From a virus: a DNA stretch of 64,000 nucleotides. Made by a program: the position numbers and the translations under genes. Within the stretch, counting starts at the first letter, position 1. Every line of letters starts with the position of its first letter. The notes under the pieces were generated by a model. That model was not told the origin of the DNA and searched no databases. It worked only from the letters and a program-made list of their open reading frames with translations. The stretch is taken from positions 36,916 to 100,915 of the IMG/VR virus record IMGVR_UViG_3300045988_101454; one strand, 5' to 3'. Shown here one piece after another: positions 15,431-22,943 of the stretch.

Positions 15431-16471
15431 GTTTATATTTGTGTTTGTGTTGGTTGCTGTCTGTTCCGGCTCGACTGTAGGCTCGGCTTCGGGGGTCTGC
15501 TCTGGGTCACCATTAGGCTCGGCTGTCTGCTCACGGTTGATAAGTTCGGCTCTGCCGTCATAAAGTTCAAAGGCGTGTTGCACCACTTCCATAAATGATG
15601 ACTGACCATCCATCAAAATGCCCTTCACGTCCTCGGCATTGAACACCTTGCCATGCAGGTGCTCGTCGGTAGCATTGGGGCAAGCTTTCTTTACGTCGGC
15701 ACGAAACTCAACGCCAAGATCGGCAAGCTCCTTGATAAGTTCCTTGTCATCATCCTTATTAGCAATGTCGCGGTAAGCCTTGTTCTTGTCAAACGACTTC
15801 GGATCATAAAGCTCGTGATAAGTTTCATCGGTAAATTGGTCTACTGTGCCATCAGCAAGAGTATAGAACGCTGCCATTACGCCGATGCAACCAACCTGGT
15901 CTTTCGGATTCATGTAATAGCGTTCGTCGCAAAGCGAAGCGAGGTACATTCCAGCCGAAGCACAAAGACCATCAACCAAGGCAATGACCTTCTGACCCTT
16001 TGAGTGGGCATAGTCGATAGCAAGAGCATAATCGTTCTTTGCCCAAGCAGAACCGCCAGGAGTGTTGATGATGAAAACATGACCACGACAAAGAGGATGA
16101 TCGGCTGCTCGCATCATCATGTCGCGATGGTCGATAGAGCCATACGAACAATAGCCGCCGTTGCGTGTGATAGGGCCGTCAACAGTAAGAACCGAAACGA
16201 AAGGAAACGTCTGCGCATCCTCGTCATCAGCAGGGAGGGTAAGACACCAGTTGCCTCTCACCTGTGTACCATCCTCTGAAACCTGATATTCCTCTGGATA
16301 ATAGATGTTGCCATCCTTATCCTTAGCTGTGACATAGCCACAAGTCTTCTCCGGCTTGCTGAAAGTCGCATGAGTATTCAGATTATGCTCAAGCGACTTG
16401 CGAATACCATGCACAAAGTCGGGACTGACCATCCACTTCTTTTCGGTAAGTATTTCAAATAAGCCTTTCAT
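14765..16471 (-). CDS. prohead protease (S49/ClpP-like) fused to a coiled-coil scaffold domain
   Basis: ..VFIINTPGGSAWA..VIALVDGLCASAGMYLASLCD.. serine-peptidase blocks; the C-terminal 220 aa is an Ala/Lys/Glu-rich coiled coil. Confidence 0.7.
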   Translation of the reverse strand: MKGLFEILTEKKWMVSPDFVHGIRKSLEHNLNTHATFSKPEKTCGYVTAKDKDGNIYYPEEYQVSEDGTQVRGNWCLTLPADDEDAQTFPFVSVLTVDGPITRNGGYCSYGSIDHRDMMMRAADHPLCRGHVFIINTPGGSAWAKNDYALAIDYAHSKGQKVIALVDGLCASAGMYLASLCDERYYMNPKDQVGCIGVMAAFYTLADGTVDQFTDETYHELYDPKSFDKNKAYRDIANKDDDKELIKELADLGVEFRADVKKACPNATDEHLHGKVFNAEDVKGILMDGQSSFMEVVQHAFELYDGRAELINREQTAEPNGDPEQTPEAEPTVEPEQTATNTNTNINMENYPLICSACGLQAGEIAVTEEGAYMNASLLDSLEAHMKEAEQKVTDAEQKATTAENALAKLQGKFDDLSAQVNAANEAKKVAETALAQAKVAHSKELSDLNARHADAIAKKGDELNALAEAKKKEIAQLTVDKTDAEANLQTAKDALATAEQTIADKQAQIDELTHDAGTEQNAGEAPENNGEGANIQHVQTGYPKWNQADPVGSKKAIEEYKRKNGIL

Positions 16472-16545
16472 TAGTAAAATCTGTGTTTTGTGTTGTGTTA
16501 TCCTGAATACAACCCTTTTACCTGGTTGCCTGTGTTATCCGTATG

Positions 16546-16553
16546 CAAAATTA
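16546..16553 (-). promoter_or_regulatory. Bacteroidota-type -7 box (TAATTTTG)
   Basis: Matches TAnnTTTG about 75 nt upstream of the protease ATG, just after a weak hairpin with T7 at 16580-16610. Confidence 0.35.
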
Positions 16554-16654
16554 AAGACCAAGGTTTTTAACATTAGGACAAAAAAAGCCGCCATTCTCAC
16601 GAATAGCGGCTCAAACATTATATTATAAGGTATCAAAAAAATGGCTCACATCTT

Positions 16655-17146
16655 TTATTCTCGAAGCGTGATAGGTATTGGCTCCGACAAGGCTTGTGTG
16701 GTGGCTGGGAAGGTTCGCGCCAACTCAGTCTGGCTATTATCCGAGGTGCCACCAATACCGAATGTATGGGGTAGGGTGTAGCATAACTGCAACGAACCGT
16801 CCAGCTTGCGCAACACCACATAATACTCCTTATCGCGCATATTTCTGTAGGCTTCACGCACATTTTCGCCTCCATTTACCACATTAGCACTAATATCATA
16901 GGTATATATAGTGCCATTGCCCTGTTTGGCGAGCGTCATCTTCACTTTAAGATTCTCTACAATAACGTAGTTTTCGCCACTCGTAGCCAAGCGCAAAGCA
17001 GGCTCGGCAGGCAAACTACAATTATTGATATATAACACTTGTGCCATATTGAACGGCACAGGGATTACACACTCTTCCATTGGATAAAACATTACATCGG
17101 TAATGCCATCAAGGAACAATTCTTTGCATTTATTGGGTAGTTGCAT
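16655..17146 (-). CDS. hypothetical protein (163 aa)
   Basis: ORF track; upstream neighbour of the protease gene. Confidence 0.5.
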   Translation of the reverse strand: MQLPNKCKELFLDGITDVMFYPMEECVIPVPFNMAQVLYINNCSLPAEPALRLATSGENYVIVENLKVKMTLAKQGNGTIYTYDISANVVNGGENVREAYRNMRDKEYYVVLRKLDGSLQLCYTLPHTFGIGGTSDNSQTELARTFPATTQALSEPIPITLRE

Positions 17147-17215
17147 TTTTGTACACCTAAAATGGTTGTTTTTTAAATTGTTTTAAACTTCAATTTAACT
17201 CTTGTTTACATTGCC

Positions 17216-17950
17216 CTAATCATCGAACAATACATCATCTACAAAGTAAACCTTCTCGCTGTCATCTATGTACTGCATATCAGCGCATGAATAGGCTTTG
17301 AAATTGCTATGATCCGAGCTTAGCCATCGATTGATGATGCGACGCAGGGTGTCTTTTTCGTTCTCGTTCTGGTCTATGCCATAGCGCATCAAGAAACGCT
17401 CAAGCATGGCTGTCTGACGACGGCAAATTATACGCTTGTTGGATGTGCAATAGTCGAATGTGGCTAAAGCCCATTCTACGACACTACGCTTAAAATCGTC
17501 GTTCAGCATGATAAGCAACTGACGGATGCCGCGCGTACTCAGATTCCATGCCGGCGTGACCTGACGAACCACGTCTATCACCTCTACCTCCGAAGGTAGC
17601 TTTATACACAAATAGTCTTCTTTGTCGCTCTTAGAATATTCCTGTATTCCATTAAACCGTTGCACCTCGTCAAAAGACAGGTATTCATGCGAATCGCGCT
17701 TTGTGACAATCTCGCCACCGTTGGGGTGTTTGCCTTGCATCATGTTACGCCATTGTTGATGTGAGAAGCATTGCGGATTCACCTTTTGTGCAACGGCAGG
17801 AATGTTGGTTATATACTTGCGCAGTACGAAGTGGTGAGGCATATACGGACTAAACACCAACGGCTCGTCCTTGGCAAGCACGTGCTTGGAGTCGCGATTG
17901 CGAAAAAACTGGCAGCGACTGGTAGGTAGGCGAAGGTAAATGTTAGGCAT
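17216..17950 (-). CDS. hypothetical protein (244 aa)
   Basis: ORF track; ends in TAG. Confidence 0.55.
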   Translation of the reverse strand: MPNIYLRLPTSRCQFFRNRDSKHVLAKDEPLVFSPYMPHHFVLRKYITNIPAVAQKVNPQCFSHQQWRNMMQGKHPNGGEIVTKRDSHEYLSFDEVQRFNGIQEYSKSDKEDYLCIKLPSEVEVIDVVRQVTPAWNLSTRGIRQLLIMLNDDFKRSVVEWALATFDYCTSNKRIICRRQTAMLERFLMRYGIDQNENEKDTLRRIINRWLSSDHSNFKAYSCADMQYIDDSEKVYFVDDVLFDD

Positions 17951-17958
17951 AACGTTTA

Positions 17959-18912
17959 TTATTTTGGTTTGGGCCGTTTGTATTGGCTCATAATTAAATC
18001 GGTGGCATTGAAGCTGTAGCGCAATGCGGTATCGGTCATGCTGTTCGACTGCATGTTGCCAACCACTTTTTCTACCTTCTCGATGTCGTTACGACTAAGA
18101 CGGAGACAGAGCTGCGCCATGTCAATATAGCAACCTCCCGACTCGGTATGACCGATAACGCTCATGTCAAACTTCTCGTTACGGGCAAAGAATTGGTTAA
18201 GGCCTTCTATGAGGTCGGCTTCAGTGTAAATGGGCGAGGCTGGGTGCATCTTACGATACTTAGTAGAATACGTCTTCAAACGTTTTTCGACATAGCTGTA
18301 GATGGAGTCGGCATATTCGTAGAACAAATCTCCCTCACAAGAATCTACATCTTTCGGTCCCGCCGACCGGAAATAGCCACGTAGTTGATGAAGCACCTGC
18401 GAGACAGTATCAAACTGATTGAACTCTATATGACCCTTGAAAATGTCAAGCATATCGCCACGAATGTCAGTGGCTATACGGTCAAGACACTCTGCAAGAA
18501 ATGTCAGTCGGTCGAGTCGGGAAGCAAGCAAGTCAACCTTCTCCTTCATACCTGGCTTTGAATAGTCAACATAATACTTTAGCAAGGTAGAGAAATTCAT
18601 AAAGTCGTAACTGACATCAGAGCGCAAATTAGTTAGCACCATCGTAGCATACATTATGTCTGCCAAACGACGGTCATGCTGTTGGATGGTGCGCAACAGA
18701 TTACTCATTTCGCTTGTGCCAATACGCATACGTTTGCTTGTCTCAACAAGTCGGTTACGTTTTTCCACAGCGTCCAGATAATCGGGGTTATGGAAAAGAG
18801 CATCAAGCGACTTGGCATATTGCGTTGACGGAACATCCTTGAAATGGAATTGATAGACCGTAGGTTGCTGGCGCACAAATTCCTCTCGGTCGGGAAGCGG
18901 TTTTTTACTCAT
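17959..18912 (-). CDS. hypothetical protein (317 aa)
   Basis: ORF track. Confidence 0.55.
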   Translation of the reverse strand: MSKKPLPDREEFVRQQPTVYQFHFKDVPSTQYAKSLDALFHNPDYLDAVEKRNRLVETSKRMRIGTSEMSNLLRTIQQHDRRLADIMYATMVLTNLRSDVSYDFMNFSTLLKYYVDYSKPGMKEKVDLLASRLDRLTFLAECLDRIATDIRGDMLDIFKGHIEFNQFDTVSQVLHQLRGYFRSAGPKDVDSCEGDLFYEYADSIYSYVEKRLKTYSTKYRKMHPASPIYTEADLIEGLNQFFARNEKFDMSVIGHTESGGCYIDMAQLCLRLSRNDIEKVEKVVGNMQSNSMTDTALRYSFNATDLIMSQYKRPKPK

Positions 18913-18955
18913 AATTTCTCCTATTTATCATAAGGTCGATTACCGGATGAAATTA

Positions 18956-19345
18956 CTAACGTTCGTCACCGTCGCCAGCAATGACATTTCGTTGCTTGCG
19001 TGAGGCAAGTTTTGCGAGGTTTTCTTCAGCCACTTCTTCGAGCGTGACACCCATCACCTTGGCAAGTCCGGCAGTCTGCCAGAGAATATCGCCGATTTCA
19101 GAGAGCATAAGATGACGTTCCTCGTCAGATACGTTCCACACCTGCGTATGAAGGATTTTGCCTTCCTCGTCGCGTTGTGTTGTGGTTATATGCAGCTTGC
19201 CTTTACGCATGTGCTTGCCGGCTTTGCTTGCAAACTCGCCAACCTCACCTACGAGATTGGCAAGCATATAGAAAAGATTGTCGCTCTCAGGCATACAAGT
19301 ACTCATAGCCTTGTCCTGATATTCGTTTAATGTTAAATTTGCCAT
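18956..19345 (-). CDS. mazG: MazG-like nucleotide pyrophosphohydrolase
   Basis: ..LANLVGEVGEFASKAGKHMRK.. and ..LSEIGDILWQTAGLAKVMG.. (EExxE and ExxD helices); stop is TAG followed by TAA. Confidence 0.75.
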   Translation of the reverse strand: MANLTLNEYQDKAMSTCMPESDNLFYMLANLVGEVGEFASKAGKHMRKGKLHITTTQRDEEGKILHTQVWNVSDEERHLMLSEIGDILWQTAGLAKVMGVTLEEVAEENLAKLASRKQRNVIAGDGDER

Positions 19346-19369
19346 GATATATATTGTTTGAATTGTTAA

Positions 19370-20266
19370 TTAAATTTCAAAACTCGGAATATACTGCTGC
19401 ATTCTATCATTAATGATTCTACTGATTTGTTTTGCTACGATAGAAGCGTCAGGATGTGCGATTCCAGTTTTATTGCGTAAGCGCATATCCAAAATATGCT
19501 TCCACTCACTAAGAGTGTATGTATAACCACAAATGGTATAGGTATTAAAAGTTAGGTTCCCCCTTGCATCTTCAGGTTTTAGACCTGTAAATATCAAGAA
19601 CTTATAAACCTTCTCTGCCACCCAATAGCCAAAATGAGAAGCCCAAAGTTGATAACACTTAGCTTGTTCCTCCCAATGTGGGCGACAAATTTGTACGCCA
19701 CCTTTCCGTGAAAGGTTTACATAACGTGTACTTTGTTCAGCTATACAATTTGGTGATTTTCGATTATACGACTCTCCTTGTATGCGTTGCGTTGTCACTA
19801 CCAGCGTCATGCGGATAATGGAGAATGCCTCCTCACACTTATACTTCTGAGCCTTCTCGATAAACTCGTCTTCGCTGACACCATATTGACTAAGCGCGTC
19901 CATCAGTTTCTTGTTCTCAAGCAAGAACTGCATATTAGTGCTGATCCATACTTTGTGGTTCTTTGTGGCATAGTCGATGTAGGGCGAAGCATTCAGATAC
20001 GCCCAAATGTAGTTAGGGAGACCCTTTTCATTGGGCATGAAGAAGTAGACGGTGCCGTGGCGATACATCGAGCGATGTCCGCTTTCCCAGAAGCCCTTGC
20101 AGCGTTCTTCGTCGCGATTCTGAATGAACGCTTCCACTTCCTCTTCGGTCATTCCTTCTTCGGGCTGCTTGCCCTTAGCCTTGTAGCATATTCTGCCCAC
20201 TCTTGCTATATGTTGTGCAAGAGAGGTCTGCTGCCACCATTCTACTTGTGGCTCGGTGAATTTCAT
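19370..20266 (-). CDS. thyX: ThyX-like (flavin-dependent thymidylate synthase family), divergent
   Basis: ..IARVGRICYKAKG.., ..ESGHRSMYRHGTVYF.., ..AEQSTRYV.. align to ThyX blocks, but the RHR signature reads YNRKS. Confidence 0.5.
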   Translation of the reverse strand: MKFTEPQVEWWQQTSLAQHIARVGRICYKAKGKQPEEGMTEEEVEAFIQNRDEERCKGFWESGHRSMYRHGTVYFFMPNEKGLPNYIWAYLNASPYIDYATKNHKVWISTNMQFLLENKKLMDALSQYGVSEDEFIEKAQKYKCEEAFSIIRMTLVVTTQRIQGESYNRKSPNCIAEQSTRYVNLSRKGGVQICRPHWEEQAKCYQLWASHFGYWVAEKVYKFLIFTGLKPEDARGNLTFNTYTICGYTYTLSEWKHILDMRLRNKTGIAHPDASIVAKQISRIINDRMQQYIPSFEI

Positions 20267-20321
20267 TGCTTATGAATTTTAGTTGATTATTTAATAGATA
20301 GTGCATTCTCATTCTCGATGC

Positions 20322-20819
20322 TTACACAATCATGTATCTCACACGCTGCACTTCTTCCAGCAAGTCGCTTGGCGAATCGTTGTTGAAGATTACCGCGTTG
20401 AAGAACGACAACGGCAGACGCTTGCGCTGCTTGTCACGTGCCATGCGCTCAGGAGTAACGCCTCGGCGAAGACGTGTGCGCTCTTTAGCCGACACGCAAA
20501 TATTGAACAGCTCGATGTCGGGGAATTTCTTGCACAAGGCTTTCAGACCGTCTTCGTCAATGACGTAAATAGCCTTGTCACCCACCTGCTCAACGGTGGT
20601 CCAATATTCATAGCCGCCATACTGCGTATATGCCAGCATCTTGTCATGCGGCACATCACACTTCTCCACAAAGTGATGTTCCACGCCATCAATCTCGCCT
20701 TCACGCTTCGGACGGGTGGTATAAGAACATATCACTTTATAGCCACCCAAGTCGGACAGCATCCGAGCCACAGTGTCCTTTCCTGCACCACTCGGACCGG
20801 TAATTGTTATTAGTTTCAT
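20322..20819 (-). CDS. guanylate-kinase-like nucleoside monophosphate kinase
   Basis: ATG 20817-20819; MKLITITGPSGAGKDT (P-loop) and SYTTRPKREGEIDGVEHHFV (GMP-kinase signature). Confidence 0.7.
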   Translation of the reverse strand: MKLITITGPSGAGKDTVARMLSDLGGYKVICSYTTRPKREGEIDGVEHHFVEKCDVPHDKMLAYTQYGGYEYWTTVEQVGDKAIYVIDEDGLKALCKKFPDIELFNICVSAKERTRLRRGVTPERMARDKQRKRLPLSFFNAVIFNNDSPSDLLEEVQRVRYMIV

Positions 20820-20986
20820 ATCTCGTTTTTGTTTGAATTTTAACATTTGAGGAGTCATAGGACAATCATAGAACAACCGTAAGACAACCGTAAGACACGC
20901 ATAGAACACGTTTTAGCCCTCTTTTGCCCTGTTTTCGAGATTTTGATTTAACACTTGTAAAAAGTGTTTATGCCAAATACACTGTT

Positions 20987-22060
20987 TTACCCTTTCATTT
21001 CACTCCAAACTCGCCTGCATATCTGCCGATAAAAATCCTCACCAAGTTCCACCTTGCAAGCATGGATAAGATAATTGTAAGAGACGGTCTGACTATTGCC
21101 CAACTGCTGCCATTTCAGGTTTGTCTGTGCTTCATTATATTTGGAGCTGCATCTTGATAGTTGGTGGAAGAGGTCAAGACCATACGGATGTGAGCGCAAT
21201 GCCCATCCTGCTTTCACCCAGTCGTCATAACTCTCGGTAATGTTCCGATGGTTGCCCACAAGTTCCTGCACGATAATCTCAATCAGTCTGTCTTGCACAC
21301 GCTTCTGTTCCCAGAAGTTAGAATTGCCTTCTACTTTATACCCTACATTCGCATTGTACGAGCGATACGCTTGACGTGAAGCCAAGGAAACGAGCTGAAC
21401 TTGCTCACCTTCCAATCCCTTATAGGGTACCACATTTTCATTGATATATATATGCTCAGGATCATCCCATGAGGCGAAGCGCACACGTCCGATGTTGCTA
21501 CAAGCCTTGTCAAGCGTGATGCCGATAGCGGCATAATCTTTGAGTAGAGCTTTGAACTGGTCCTTGTGCCGTTCAGGGTACGCCAACTTAACCAAACCGA
21601 AATATCCGCTGCCGGAGCACGACCGCATCAGCAAGGCTATCTCCGGACGAAAACGGCAAATCATGCGCACATTCTCAAAATTGCTCATTTGCATATTGTC
21701 CGCAAGGTCTATGTCGATGGCGAGCCAGCCGGTATGTTGCTTTAGGTGGGTCTCCCGACGGCTCACCATTACCCGCTGCCCTGGATGTGTTAGGCTGTCA
21801 TCTTCATATAGAGCGAACAAGCCGCTAAGAGTGGCACCAGGTAACTTTTTCTTTGTTTCGATATACTCCGGCATCTGCTTCGCCTTACTGCCGTACTCCT
21901 TGCGCATAGCGCGAAGATGCTGCACATAGGGCTTCCATCTATCCGTCAAGCAGAACTCACGGATAGACATCTGCGTGATGCACTCGCCAGTTTCTTGGTC
22001 AACAAACTTTCCCTTGGCATCATGCGCATCTTGATATATGGAGCATATCTCGTCGAACAT
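20987..22060 (-). CDS. VirE-N/BT4734-like (primase-related) domain protein
   Basis: ..GWLAIDIDL.., ..SCSGSGYFGLVKL.., ..IGRVRFASWD.. resemble the Bacteroides BT4734/VirE N-terminal domain; tentative. Confidence 0.4.
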   Translation of the reverse strand: MFDEICSIYQDAHDAKGKFVDQETGECITQMSIREFCLTDRWKPYVQHLRAMRKEYGSKAKQMPEYIETKKKLPGATLSGLFALYEDDSLTHPGQRVMVSRRETHLKQHTGWLAIDIDLADNMQMSNFENVRMICRFRPEIALLMRSCSGSGYFGLVKLAYPERHKDQFKALLKDYAAIGITLDKACSNIGRVRFASWDDPEHIYINENVVPYKGLEGEQVQLVSLASRQAYRSYNANVGYKVEGNSNFWEQKRVQDRLIEIIVQELVGNHRNITESYDDWVKAGWALRSHPYGLDLFHQLSRCSSKYNEAQTNLKWQQLGNSQTVSYNYLIHACKVELGEDFYRQICRRVWSEMKG

Positions 22061-22092
22061 ATTTTATATGATTAGTAACCATTGTATTTTAC

Positions 22093-22117
22093 CGTTGCAA
22101 ATTTAATAATTATAATT
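22093..22117 (-). promoter_or_regulatory. promoter element containing TAAATTTG; 25-nt repeat shared with the parA promoter
   Basis: CGTTGCAAATTTAATAATTATAATT, 24/25 identical to 56638-56662. The -7 box TAnnTTTG lies 37 nt upstream of ATG 22060. Confidence 0.55.
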
Positions 22118-22123
22118 GATAAA

Positions 22124-22183
22124 AACAATTCTTACTATTGTTATTAACTTTTATTTTATTTATCAACAATTCTTACCGTTGTT
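22124..22183. promoter_or_regulatory. two copies of the palindromic operator-like motif CAAYTCTTACYRTTG
   Basis: AACAATTCTTACTATTGTT (22124-22142) and AACAATTCTTACCGTTGTT (22165-22183); third copy at 51235-51253. Confidence 0.45.
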
Positions 22184-22843
22184 TAACTGTACAAAGTCTG
22201 AAGTTTAGTTTTGAACTTTACAGCCTCCAAAAGTCCAAATTTTAAACTTTGAGTCCATTTTCCAAAAAAACGCCGAAAACTGAAAAGTTCGTAATTTTGA
22301 AAAACGCTTCTGCTGTCCACCCAAAATCCACATCGTGACCCCCCAATGAATTTTTCAAAAAGTGATTTAACTTTCTGATTTTCCGCTATTTATCTATTAA
22401 AAGTTTAAAAACGGGGTAATTTTTATATACTTATACGAGCGCAAAGAACAAAAAATATATAAAGAATAGTAGAAATAAGGCCATTTTTATAGTGTTTCTC
22501 TCGCTTAGTTGCCTTTTCTCATACCCCTTAACTTATTAAATGTCAACTATTTACGCCATAGGCGTTAATGCTACTAACTATATTGTTAGGGTTGGGGAGT
22601 TTTGAAAATAGGAAAGAAAGAAAATTGGCGAAATTTATATAAGGTAGTAGCCTTGATTAGTAGATTTCTGGACTTTTGAAGAGTAGACTTTAGATAAAGT
22701 CCATGATTGTTAGGTAGTTACGAAAATTTGTTGTTTTGGACTTTGGGGGACGTAAGTTTATTCTTAAACAAGAAAGAAAACGGAAGAAAAGGCGAGCGAA
22801 GCGCAAAAGAAAAGGCCGCCTCGCCTAACGGCGCGACGACCTG

Positions 22844-22943
22844 ATAAATGCTTCGCTAATTGCGAAAGATAGCGCAAGATAAATGCTTTGCCGCTTGCGA
22901 AAAGCGTAGCGCAAGGAAATGCTTTGCTGCTTGCGAAAGACTA
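22844..22943. repeat. tandem 35-37-nt hairpin repeats (about 2.8 units) at the tape-measure gene 3' end
   Basis: Units 22844-22878, 22879-22915 and 22916-22943. Each contains CTTGCG..CGCAAG inverted repeats. Confidence 0.6.

Noticed and set aside
14744-15598. Long plus-strand ORF (284 aa). Similar antisense ORFs occur at 48666-49409, 52084-52650, 60081-60893 and 60349-61257
   Set aside because: They lie fully inside well-supported minus-strand genes. They are rich in Leu, Val, Gly, Cys and Ser in a shadow-ORF pattern, start with non-ATG codons, and have no leader or promoter context.
22760-22943. Read-through extension of the tape-measure ORF past TAG 22941-22943 (frame stays open for about 60 codons)
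   Set aside because: The region consists of 35- and 37-nt tandem hairpin units, which are not multiples of 3. The hypothetical translation is repeat-derived and not protein-like.
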